DNA from: a bacterium
GTDB lineage: Bacteria; T1Sed10-126; CAZEBV01
DNA: 34,238 bases
Direction: 5' to 3'
Assembly (NCBI GenBank): GCA_042219765.1
Contig: JBDGPI010000089.1
Span: 25,119 to 59,356, forward strand
Below the pieces are notes generated by a model, which was not told where the DNA came from, ran no database searches, and saw only the letters and a program-made list of their open reading frames with translations. This document shows positions 18,553-27,206 of this stretch, in pieces. Position numbers and translations under genes: made by a program. The first letter of the stretch is position 1, and the number at the start of each line of letters is the position of its first letter.

Positions 18553-21387
18553 TCACTCCAGAAAAAACACTTCTTCCAGTAACTCGTTGAGGGGTTTGCC
18601 AATCGGTTCGCTGAACAAATCCCTCATGAGATTCTTCCTGAAGTCATCACTCACCTTCTTCCGATTTATATCAAGGACGGGGGAATAAACGGATCCCTTA
18701 ATTCGGAACGGAATCTTCAATTGTTTGTCCCCGGACCTGAGACCAACCTGACGGTAGAGGTTGCCCAGTACATCCTGAAGGTATCGTTTTAGACTTCTCC
18801 CCCGCAGGGTGAGAGTCATATCCAGGCCTAACGTCCCGTTCAACCGTGCGGTTCCGGACGTATTCAGGTCTATTTGACCTGTCGTTAACAAGAAATCAGA
18901 AATCTGAATTTCACCCGACTCCACGGGGAACTTAAACTTAAATTGTTTTACTCGTAACCGCTTCTCAAACACGCTTGGACGTGCGACCTGCTGGATATCC
19001 TCGATCTTGGGAAAGTTGTCGAGAATAACGTTCCGACCACTACCGGCCAGATAACCATCGTAACTCTCAGGGTCGGTGGATTGACCCCGCAGGGTAACGC
19101 TCAAGTTCATTGTTCCATGGCTTTTTTTAGCCATCCAGCTTGCATCAGGGAAAATCCCCGGCAGCGAAAATTCGTTCAAACCCATCGTAACCACGGTTGT
19201 ATCACCAAAACTGTAATCAAAACTCCCGGAAAGATCCCCCTGATTCATCCGTCCCGATATATTCTCAAGGCTTAGCCGGTTGCTTTTAACGGTAACGTCA
19301 CCACTGATTTTTTTCGCCGACCAATCACGGAACTCTACAACGGAGTCCCTCAAAGGCCCTGCTAATTTTGGATCGTGGAGTTTCCCCGTCAGGGACAGAT
19401 CGGAGGTCAGGTTCATACGAAGGTGGTCACCGAGGTTAAGATAACGATTCGGATTGAGATTTTGCACGCGGATACCGAGATCCCATCGACCGCTTGCCCA
19501 GTTCTGAGTGTGCGTAAGCCGGCCGTTCATGGCAATAAGCCTGTCTTTTTCTGCTCCTATCTGAACCCGGTCGAAGTAAACGGTGTCGGAATTAACCGTA
19601 ATAGTTCCTTTTAAGGGACTCGTTGAAGGACTCGTGACACCGGAAAGAAGACTGGCGTTACTTAAATCAAACACGACCTCATATTGTGACTGAATATCCC
19701 GTAAATCCGATATGTTTCCGGAAACATCGAGATTTCGAAGACTGAAATCAGAAAGAAACGCCGGTTGGTACCGCCCCAGATTATCAGTAACGTAATCGAT
19801 TGATTCAAGGTTGCTCCGGAAGGATACTGGACCCGGTACCGTTCCTCTGAACCGCCACTGGTTCCCGCCGGGATCGATAAAGTTCCCTCTAATAATATCT
19901 CGTGATTCTGGTTGCGAGGATGCGGAGAGCAACATCTTTATTTTACGAATATTACCGTTTTCGGCCTCAATGATTCCGTCCTCAAGAATTACGTCTCCAG
20001 TAAACGCTGACCGAGAAAACGCAAAGGAAGTTTCAACCGGGATATTCGTTGATTTCAAGGACCCAAGAACCTTACCGAGTACAGGAATTTGAGTGTCAGT
20101 TGATGTTGGGGCCAACTCGGTTATTCGACCGGAAAATCTGCTCCGAACCGTTCCCTTCCGCAACCGCAGGCTTCCACTGTCAACTTGTAACGTCCCGTTC
20201 CCTTCACTCAAGGTACCAGTATCTATAGTAATACTTTTTCCACTAAGGGAACCCTGGGTGTGCTTGAACACAAAGGTTCTATTCGACCGAGGAGTCTTCA
20301 GTGTCACAGTCGTTTCAGGAACGGAAAAATCCCCTTTTACCTGGTAATCGGCCAAACTTCCATCAATTGACAGAGTTCCCTCCAGAGGGTCTTTTGAGGA
20401 AAGATTGAAACTGGTATTGATTCTGTCGGGAAAAAGCTTATTAATTTCTTCCTCCATCTTCAGTGTATACTGGCCCCGGATTGAAACTGAGTCCCCGGGG
20501 AGATTCATCCGTCCGGAAAGTCCCATGTCAAGATAATCGGATTGAACCATGAATTTTTCGAATTCAAGATCGCCGGCACTGTATTTAAGACTTGATTTGA
20601 TTTCCACCGGTGATAGCTGGCGATCCCCAACCCCCGCCGGCGTACCGGTCAAGGACAACTTCAATCGGTTTTCTCCCTCCGTACTGAAGGATCCCGTACC
20701 TCTCCACTGATCCCCCTGAAAGGTCCATATAGAATCGGGAAGCGACAAACTATTGATGTTGAAGTCAAGTGACAGCGGTTCCAGGGATGAAGCTCGGGCC
20801 CTGACCTCAACTCTCTTACCCTCAATTCGGTTGATCACAGTTTCAAACGGATGATTTACGGAATGGAATTTAGCCTTGCTTCCGGTAAAATTGAACAATC
20901 GTCTCCCGTTGCGTTCCAGTAATATCCTCCAGGTATCAATTTCAATAGGAATTTTCGGAAAATGCTTCGCTAATGTCTTCCCGCCACCGGCTTTACGATC
21001 ACTCCGCTCACTAAATCCTCCTACATCTATATTTGATATCATCCTAACGGAATCTACGTTTACACGACTTATATGATTATCAAGCCCCCAGACGTTTCCG
21101 TTAATCAAATTACTCCAGGCAATTACCAGCTCAATATCGGATACGTCGATTGTCACAGTCGGTTTGTCCGCGGGACTTTCTTTGGTAACTGTCAGCGATC
21201 GTACAGTTGGATTCAACTGCCAGTTTACGTAGAGGAAACTGATCTCGGCACGGTCAAAGGGTCCACGTTCAATCCGTTTAACAATTTGCTGTCTTAGCGG
21301 ACTAAAATTTAATAAAACATTGAAGGAAACGTATATAAATAGTGAGAAAACAACAAATAGAAGAAAGAAGTTTCTACTTCGTTTCAT
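18553..21387 (-). CDS. AsmA-like (AsmA/TamB/YhdP superfamily) periplasm-spanning protein
   Basis: Single N-terminal TM anchor, long beta-rich repeats, C-terminal GEIQISDFLL...SGTARLNGTLGL...IPFRIKGSVYSPVL typical of the AsmA-like C-terminus. Confidence 0.75.
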   Translation of the reverse strand: MKRSRNFFLLFVVFSLFIYVSFNVLLNFSPLRQQIVKRIERGPFDRAEISFLYVNWQLNPTVRSLTVTKESPADKPTVTIDVSDIELVIAWSNLINGNVWGLDNHISRVNVDSVRMISNIDVGGFSERSDRKAGGGKTLAKHFPKIPIEIDTWRILLERNGRRLFNFTGSKAKFHSVNHPFETVINRIEGKRVEVRARASSLEPLSLDFNINSLSLPDSIWTFQGDQWRGTGSFSTEGENRLKLSLTGTPAGVGDRQLSPVEIKSSLKYSAGDLEFEKFMVQSDYLDMGLSGRMNLPGDSVSIRGQYTLKMEEEINKLFPDRINTSFNLSSKDPLEGTLSIDGSLADYQVKGDFSVPETTVTLKTPRSNRTFVFKHTQGSLSGKSITIDTGTLSEGNGTLQVDSGSLRLRKGTVRSRFSGRITELAPTSTDTQIPVLGKVLGSLKSTNIPVETSFAFSRSAFTGDVILEDGIIEAENGNIRKIKMLLSASSQPESRDIIRGNFIDPGGNQWRFRGTVPGPVSFRSNLESIDYVTDNLGRYQPAFLSDFSLRNLDVSGNISDLRDIQSQYEVVFDLSNASLLSGVTSPSTSPLKGTITVNSDTVYFDRVQIGAEKDRLIAMNGRLTHTQNWASGRWDLGIRVQNLNPNRYLNLGDHLRMNLTSDLSLTGKLHDPKLAGPLRDSVVEFRDWSAKKISGDVTVKSNRLSLENISGRMNQGDLSGSFDYSFGDTTVVTMGLNEFSLPGIFPDASWMAKKSHGTMNLSVTLRGQSTDPESYDGYLAGSGRNVILDNFPKIEDIQQVARPSVFEKRLRVKQFKFKFPVESGEIQISDFLLTTGQIDLNTSGTARLNGTLGLDMTLTLRGRSLKRYLQDVLGNLYRQVGLRSGDKQLKIPFRIKGSVYSPVLDINRKKVSDDFRKNLMRDLFSEPIGKPLNELLEEVFFLE

Positions 21388-21467
21388 CTTATGGTCCAGG
21401 GAGAAGAGCGTTGTAGAAGTGACGTTACGGACGTGATATCAGATGGAAAACGACGATTGTTATTAAC

Positions 21468-21514
21468 AAAAAAAATAAATCCCGGGGTTCCCAGCAAAGG
21501 GGAACACCCGGGAT
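21468..21514 (-). terminator. Rho-independent terminator
   Basis: GC-rich hairpin ATCCCGGG-(T)-GTTCCC...GGGAAC-CCCGGGAT (21514-21479) followed by TTATTTTTTTT on the minus strand. Confidence 0.85.
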
Positions 21515-21600
21515 CTCGGGGGAAGGGGTATCTATTCAGTTTTGAGAAGCAGTCTGTCAAACCAGTACATAAACTAACCGAACCAGACTCACTGTTAGAG
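21468..21600 (-). ncRNA. Candidate ~130 nt small RNA (or long groES 3' UTR)
   Basis: Upstream TTGTCT-N18-TATACT promoter-like pair, internal hairpin AGTCTG...CAGACT with G-U pairs only on the minus strand, C-rich linker and a strong terminator. Confidence 0.35.
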
Positions 21601-21652
21601 CTAACAGTATAACCCTACCCGAAGGAATTAGACAAGATTACCTGTTGGGGGT

Positions 21653-21940
21653 TTATTGAATCTTGGCGAGAACATTCTCAGCATCGAGTACAAGGTACTC
21701 CTCGCCGGAAACTTCCACTTCCGTACCGGCGTATTTACTGTAGAGTACCGTGTCGCCGTCCGAGACCTCGGGCTCGATGGTCTCTCCGTTTTCCTGCTTG
21801 CCTGGACCGACGGCAATGACTTCTGCTTTCTGTGGTTCTTCCTGTGCGGTGTCGGGAATGACAATACCGGCTTCGGTGGTCTCCTCTTCGGGTTCTATCT
21901 GTTTTAGAACAACACGGTTACGCAGTGGTTGTAGATCCAT
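21653..21940 (-). CDS. groES: Co-chaperonin GroES
   Basis: LQPLRNRVV, TEAGIVIPDTAQEEPQ, VIAVGPG, GDTVLYSKYAGTEV; GGAGGT SD. Confidence 0.97.
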   Translation of the reverse strand: MDLQPLRNRVVLKQIEPEEETTEAGIVIPDTAQEEPQKAEVIAVGPGKQENGETIEPEVSDGDTVLYSKYAGTEVEVSGEEYLVLDAENVLAKIQ

Positions 21941-21996
21941 TGTTCATACCTCCGTAAAAAATTTGTGGATTGAAATGAAATTAGAAGAGAGCGTTA

Positions 21997-22024
21997 ATAA
22001 TATTTCAGTCATGACGTTTGTCAA
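21997..22024 (-). promoter_or_regulatory. Putative sigma70 promoter for groES
   Basis: Minus strand TTGACA (22024-22019), 16 nt spacer, TATTAT (22002-21997). Confidence 0.5.
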
Positions 22025-22030
22025 CAAAAA

Positions 22031-22789
22031 TCAACGGCTAGGATAACATCTGAGCAGCCCGTTGAGAACAAGATTTGGCCGGACGTGCGTGATGACATCA
22101 GTAAATTGAGTGAAGGATTGTGCTCCCCCACCAGTTGCAACAACAGCAGGGTCACCGTTAAAGTCAACGGTCTGCTGGAGCTCCTCCAGCAGCCGCTCCA
22201 CAGCTCCTGCTGTTCCGTAAAATAGTCCAGATTTCAAACCGGAACGGGTACTGGAATAGGTGAACGCCTCGGGTTCTTCCGGACTTATCCGGGGCAATTT
22301 AGCCGCCTCGGTTGAAAGGCCGATCGAGGACGCTTCGATCCCGGGGTAAATAACTCCCCCTTCGTAGGTACCGGAGTCACTTACGACATCTATTGTAGTA
22401 GCTGTTCCGAAATCCAGGATAAAGCCCCCTCCAAACTCAGCGAAAAGTTGTGCGGCCCCGGCAATACGATCGGACCCTACGGAGTGAGGATTCTCCGTTT
22501 CAACGCTAATGTCGGTCTCGTCCCACGGGGGCTGAAGAATCCATGGGGTACCCGATAGGTAACGGTCCCCAAGACGCTCTATTTCGGTGGTCAAGTCTGG
22601 AACCACACTGGCCGTTAGAAGTTCGATACCGGAACTCAGTGGTTCGTCAATAACCATTTTCCAGAAATGCCAGAGTTCGTCGGCCGTCGCACCGGTACGT
22701 GTTTCAACTCGTCGTCGCTTTACAAGTTCGTTATCCTGGATTAACCCCAGTACGGTATGCGTATTTCCCACGTCAACGACCAGCTTCAT
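22031..22789 (-). CDS. coaX: Type III pantothenate kinase
   Basis: VDVGNTHT, VGSDR, LDFGTATTID, GGVIYPG, VATGG, NLVLNGL; overlaps the birA end. Confidence 0.95.
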   Translation of the reverse strand: MKLVVDVGNTHTVLGLIQDNELVKRRRVETRTGATADELWHFWKMVIDEPLSSGIELLTASVVPDLTTEIERLGDRYLSGTPWILQPPWDETDISVETENPHSVGSDRIAGAAQLFAEFGGGFILDFGTATTIDVVSDSGTYEGGVIYPGIEASSIGLSTEAAKLPRISPEEPEAFTYSSTRSGLKSGLFYGTAGAVERLLEELQQTVDFNGDPAVVATGGGAQSFTQFTDVITHVRPNLVLNGLLRCYPSR

Positions 22790-23504
22790 TATTCAGTACC
22801 TCCACGTCGTCACCGGAATACACCGACAGAGCCTCTTCGTTCACCATTACTTTCAGTTCACCGTTCTCCCCCAGACCGATTGCTTGACCGGTTCCGTTTT
22901 CCAGGCGAATAGACTTACCAATGGTGGATAAGTGCTCCTCGATCCGGTCGGCATCAAATACCTCTCGCGAAGTCGTTGAAACAGCCTGTTGGAATCGGTT
23001 TGACCATCGGAGCAGTAATTCGGTTCGATCCTGATGGTCCCCCGTCAATTCAAGGAGACTCACGGGAGGTCGTCGAAGGTCCCCATCAGTTTCATCGAGT
23101 GGATTGTTAACGTTTATTCCAACTCCCACGTAAAACATACCGGAGTGTTTGTTCGCCAGAAATCCGCCCAGCTTTCTACCTTTGTGAAGTAGGTCATTGG
23201 GCCACTTCAAAGACAAATCAGTGGCTTCAGTCGGAAAGAGATCACTGAGAAGCCGCTTCCAGACAAGGGCAGCCCCTAGAGGAATCATTGGGTCGGCAGC
23301 AGTAGTGGTGTGCGTGGGAAATGCCAGACTGTAGTAAAGCCCCCCGGGAGGACTTACCCATTCACGTCCCCGTGTCCCGTGACCGGATCCTTGAGCATCG
23401 GACCAGATCAAAAACCAGCCCGATTCGATTGACTGAATTAATTCCTGGGTAGACTCACACTTTTTCAGGTGAAGGTACTTAATTGAATCATCCAGCCATT
23501 TCAG
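22773..23504 (-). CDS. birA: Biotin-[acetyl-CoA carboxylase] ligase (no HTH domain)
   Basis: QGSGHGTRGREWVSPPGGLYYS, LKWPNDL, KLGGFL, GVGINVN. Frame continues upstream of TTG 23411 through LHLKKCESTQE (STN-like motif); true start uncertain (CTG 23504, CTG 23495, or a frameshifted ATG 23499). Confidence 0.85.
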   Translation of the reverse strand: MKWLDDSIKYLHLKKCESTQELIQSIESGWFLIWSDAQGSGHGTRGREWVSPPGGLYYSLAFPTHTTTAADPMIPLGAALVWKRLLSDLFPTEATDLSLKWPNDLLHKGRKLGGFLANKHSGMFYVGVGINVNNPLDETDGDLRRPPVSLLELTGDHQDRTELLLRWSNRFQQAVSTTSREVFDADRIEEHLSTIGKSIRLENGTGQAIGLGENGELKVMVNEEALSVYSGDDVEVLNNEAGR

Positions 23505-23824
23505 AGAACGTTTTCAATCTCTTCTTTGATTCGCTCCTTGGGAACTGAACCAACAATCTGATCGACTTTTTCCCCTTCGTCAAACAGAAGGAGCGTGGGA
23601 ATACTACGAATTCCGAATTGGCCAGCCAACTCCTGGTTTTCGTCCACGTCAACTTTGACGAACTTGACCTCACCGTCGTATTCCTCGGCCAGTTCCTCGA
23701 TTCTGGGGGCAAGTTGCTTGCAGGGTCCACACCATTCGGCCCAGAAATCCACTAAGACGGGTTCGTCGGCCATCTCAACTTCATCCGTAAAATCATCCGT
23801 AGTTATGTCTTTAGGTTTGGCCAT
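23501..23824 (-). CDS. trxA: Thioredoxin
   Basis: PVLVDFWAEWCGPCK, GIRSIPTL; AGGAGG SD. Confidence 0.97.
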   Translation of the reverse strand: MAKPKDITTDDFTDEVEMADEPVLVDFWAEWCGPCKQLAPRIEELAEEYDGEVKFVKVDVDENQELAGQFGIRSIPTLLLFDEGEKVDQIVGSVPKERIKEEIENVL

Positions 23825-24088
23825 CGTAATTCCTCCTAAGAAATTGTTACGGAGAGATTATGTACCTACGTAGAACTCGATGGAGTGTTGGCTCCAGAAT
23901 TCGTTACTGTACGCTTGCGCTAATTCAACATGGCAGGATACGAAATTATGTTAGAAACAGACTGAAATTACAAGCAAAAACTACCTCTCTGTTACGGTAT
24001 CAATGACTGCGTCTCCCGCAGGACAGCGCGATCGCCGAAACAGCTTAGCCAAATAATGATAATCCCAAACAAGATTCCGGCTGCATCC

Positions 24089-24589
24089 CTAATCGTTCCC
24101 CAGCGTTTTCAGGCGGCTTACCCTTGGTGTATCAGCACATAGTATGTGAGCCTGGTCGGGAGCGTGGACCATAATAAGATGGTCGAAAGTAGGATTTATT
24201 TCATCGTAACTCACTGACGTGGTACTGGTTCCGGTCCCGGAATTTCCGGCAATAACCGGATTCAACTGTATCCCTCCGCCACCAGGTTCCGAACAGGACC
24301 CCTTGTGTAAGTGGGTATTGTAACGGGCGTCGGATTTTAATCCCTCAAGAGAGATTGACACCTCAAAAGTTCGTTCCAGTGCCCGGATGCTCGCAGTACC
24401 ATGGGCCGTGGACTCGTGCATTGCCGAAAAGTCGGAGCGAAACGTCTTCCCCGACCGAACAATCTTAGAGCTATTCTCCGGACGAGACTGATTCGATTCT
24501 TGAAACCAGACCAGGGAGCCCAGAAACACCGCGGCCAGAACAAGAAGGGCTGTTAAAGCCAAATTCTTGAGTGACATTCCCATCACCAT
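24089..24589 (-). CDS. Membrane-anchored Cu/Zn-SOD-like (or CHRD-like) protein
   Basis: N-terminal TM; GTASI...VSISLEGL...YNTHLHKGSC...LNPV..GNSGTGTSTT...HLIMVH...ILCAD follows the SOD beta-barrel pattern. Confidence 0.6.
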   Translation of the reverse strand: MVMGMSLKNLALTALLVLAAVFLGSLVWFQESNQSRPENSSKIVRSGKTFRSDFSAMHESTAHGTASIRALERTFEVSISLEGLKSDARYNTHLHKGSCSEPGGGGIQLNPVIAGNSGTGTSTTSVSYDEINPTFDHLIMVHAPDQAHILCADTPRVSRLKTLGND

Positions 24590-24829
24590 ACCGAACTGAG
24601 GACGTACGTATCATTTTGAAGGATGGTAAAATCATCTGTGCGGTTCAAACATAAAAACAGCAGAAAATATTCCTGATAGCAAGGACACGACTGGAAAGGT
24701 TACCATCACTGACGTTTGAGACTGAGCCGCTCTAAACCTCATCACGTAACATTCCAAACAATTAAATTCCCAGGCGAACTCATCTTACGCCATCAGTAAC
24801 CCCGGAGTCAACTCAGGGAGGATTATTGG

Positions 24830-25600
24830 ATGAAAAATATACTTCACTCGCTTTTAATTGTGTCACTTTTCCTCGGATTGCCCCTCCAAAGTAATGCGGT
24901 GGACCATACTTTGTTCGACTCCGTCCTGAACAAGTATACGGATGGAGGTTACTTCGACTACAGCTCCTATGTCGAAGACCCGGAGTCAAGACAACGATTA
25001 GACCGCTATCGCAGTCAAATGAGCCAGGTTCAACTTAAAGAACTCGACGGAAAGGAGAAACTCGCTTACTGGTTGAACCTCTATAATGCCTCAACAATTC
25101 ACCTGATCGCCAAAAATTATCCCCTGGAAAGTATCAAGGACCTCGGGGGCTGGTTCGGGTCGCCCTTCGACAAAAAATTTATTCCCACTACAAAGGGGGA
25201 ACTTTCACTTAACACAATTGAACACGACATTATCCGTCCCGACTTCAACGAACCACGTATTCACTTTGCACTCGTCTGTGCCGCTCGTAGTTGCCCTCCC
25301 CTGAGATTCGAAGCTTACACGGCCGAGAAGCTCGACGAACAACTTGAGAATCAAGCTCGCCAGTTTATCGCCAGTGACAAAAATCGGTTCGTCATTCAAA
25401 ACGACCAACTGACCCTGAAACTATCGAGTATTTTCTACTGGTACGGTGAGGATTTTGGAGGAGAGTCCGGTCTAGCCAACTACCTCAAGAAATATTTGGA
25501 CGATCGGGGCAAGACACTTATCGGTCAAGGTAATTACTCAATCTCTTACCTCGATTACGACTGGTCACTGAATCAAGCCCCCGGCCCCTACCAGCGGTGA
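24830..25600 (+). CDS. Secreted DUF547-domain protein
   Basis: Signal peptide; LAYWLNLYNA, SLNTIEHDIIR, EPRIHFALVCAARSCPPL, LSSIFYWYGEDF, YDWSLN; GGGAGG SD. Confidence 0.9.
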   Translation: MKNILHSLLIVSLFLGLPLQSNAVDHTLFDSVLNKYTDGGYFDYSSYVEDPESRQRLDRYRSQMSQVQLKELDGKEKLAYWLNLYNASTIHLIAKNYPLESIKDLGGWFGSPFDKKFIPTTKGELSLNTIEHDIIRPDFNEPRIHFALVCAARSCPPLRFEAYTAEKLDEQLENQARQFIASDKNRFVIQNDQLTLKLSSIFYWYGEDFGGESGLANYLKKYLDDRGKTLIGQGNYSISYLDYDWSLNQAPGPYQR

Positions 25601-25746
25601 AACTATACAAAACGGGTGATACATCGGTTGAATTCGGGCCGCCGGATAATTTTCCAAACCGGAGATTACTTTTGCGGATCACTTCTATTCGTTAACTTAT
25701 AAAAAGATCTTATTGCTATTAAATCCTCGGATAAGGAGGTCCCATC

Positions 25747-26214
25747 ATGGCCGATGACCTAGCCTATGAGTCAAACATTAAGGTCACACGGGAGTACGGA
25801 ACCATCAGAACGGCTGAGCTTCCAGCCGAAGATGACCCCATTACATTTGGTGTTCACTCCGAAATTGCCGAACATTACGGCGTCGATACGGACGAGGAAC
25901 CACCCCACGCCACAACGCTGGACTACCTGGTATCGGCGGCCGCTGGATGACTTACGGGGACCTTTGGAGGCGCGCTGGAGGCGCGTCAAATCGATGCAAG
26001 CGACGGTAAACTCTGGTCGGAAACCACCGGTGAAATAGAAAAAGAAGACGACGTGATGGTCATTAAGCGCATCAAAGTTACCTATCACCTTGAGGCCGAT
26101 GAATCCGATCGGGAGACAATTGAAAGAGTGCACGAGGTCCACGCGGAACATTGTCCGGTGGCCCAGTCAATCAAGGGGGCAATTGACGTCTCCACCGACC
26201 TAATTATTGAGTAG
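25747..26214 (+). CDS. OsmC/Ohr-family peroxiredoxin-like protein, probable selenoprotein (UGA68 = Sec), 155 aa
   Basis: TAAGGAGGT SD. After TGA 25948-25950 the frame stays open for 87 codons to TAG 26212-26214: ...DYLVSAAAG-U-LTGTFGGALEAR...VHAEHCPVAQSIKG...; the TGA falls at the first conserved OsmC Cys and HCPV supplies the second; SECIS-like hairpin follows. Confidence 0.88.
25963..25990 (+). promoter_or_regulatory. Putative bacterial SECIS element
   Basis: TTTG-GAG-GCGCGC-TGGAG-GCGCGT-CAAA: 6 bp upper stem, bulge, 4 bp lower stem; apical loop begins about 25 nt after the UGA with G near its 5' side. Confidence 0.65.
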
Positions 26215-26422
26215 CACTGGTCCTGTAGGAAAGTCACTATTGTTACTCTTACGGGACGTTCCTGTAGCTATTTCCGTAGTCCGATAGCCTAATTTCACCG
26301 ATGTAACAATTTAAGCCCCTCTGTCCCTACCGTATCTGTTTTCATCAAGTTTGTCTGAAATCGGGAGGGTTTGTCACATCCCCCGTTCTAATTCGGCATA
26401 CTCGGGAGTTTCTAAGGAACTT

Positions 26423-27205
26423 ATGTACCGACTGGTGGATTGGCGAGTCCTCCCCGTGATTCTCTTGCTAATCGGTGGCAGTTCCTACATCGTTGCGGAT
26501 CGGTACAATTTACTATCCGGTGTCAGTCATCAACCCCAGGATGATCGGGCCGTTACCAGAAAACAGTTTCAGGAAATGATGCGGTTTCACGTCAAACGGC
26601 ATGTTGATCGACTCAGCGGGGATACGGTAAACCAGACCGTAACGCCCGACAGCGACGTCTCGGTTTCCGGAAGCAGCTCCTCGAGCCAAATACCGAACCG
26701 TCTCAAAGATAAATTCGACACCAGATCCCTGAGCCTGCTAAAACAGCTGGACCTGACTTACAAAACCCCGGCAACCTCCGATACTCAATTTTTACTGACC
26801 TCCCTCGCCGGAGATACCCTCTCGCTAAGACACTGGTCCGGTCACTGGCGGCTGATTAACTTCTGGGCGAGCTGGTGTGCGCCCTGCCGGGATGAAATGC
26901 CGGCTTTCAATCGACTTCACGAACAGTTCTCCGGAAAACCCCTCACAATTGTGGCCGTGAACATCAAGGAATCACGGTCCGAGGTAAAAAAGTTCGCACG
27001 CCAGTATTCCCTGGACTTTCCAATTTTATTGGACCAAGCCGGGTCCCTTTCGAAACAGTACGGAACGTTTACGTTACCGGAAACCTGGATCATCACACCC
27101 TCAGGTCAGGTTCTCGGAGCCGTACAGGGACCCAGGAACTGGGATAAGGAACCAGCAAGCAAACTTTTCAAGCAACTTGTCGGCGATACAGGCATGAATC
27201 CCTAA
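26423..27205 (+). CDS. Membrane-anchored TlpA/ResA-family thiol-disulfide oxidoreductase with N-terminal extension
   Basis: LINFWASWCAPCRDEMP, VAVN, FPILLD, LPETWII; start taken at ATG 26423 (AAGGA SD), followed by a TM segment. Confidence 0.88.
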   Translation: MYRLVDWRVLPVILLLIGGSSYIVADRYNLLSGVSHQPQDDRAVTRKQFQEMMRFHVKRHVDRLSGDTVNQTVTPDSDVSVSGSSSSSQIPNRLKDKFDTRSLSLLKQLDLTYKTPATSDTQFLLTSLAGDTLSLRHWSGHWRLINFWASWCAPCRDEMPAFNRLHEQFSGKPLTIVAVNIKESRSEVKKFARQYSLDFPILLDQAGSLSKQYGTFTLPETWIITPSGQVLGAVQGPRNWDKEPASKLFKQLVGDTGMNP

Positions 27206-27206
27206 T

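Noticed and set aside
21391-21612. 73 aa plus-strand ORF between the AsmA-like gene and groES
   Set aside because: Runs antisense across a terminator hairpin; low-complexity sequence with no SD.
21970-21996. Possible CIRCE element upstream of groES (TTAACGCTC half-site)
   Set aside because: Only a degenerate left arm; no GAGTGCTAA right arm at the N9 spacing.
24052-24070. Fur-box-like AATAATGATAATC
   Set aside because: Only half of the 19 bp box matches, and it is more than 200 nt from the trxA start.
25747-25950. 67 aa stand-alone ORF as given in the track
   Set aside because: It is the N-terminal half of the OsmC-like gene; family-like sequence continues in frame past the TGA.
25766-26151. 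Alternative ORFs 25766..26038 (+) and 25771..26151 (-)
   Set aside because: Shadow frames over the OsmC-like gene, with no motifs or SD.
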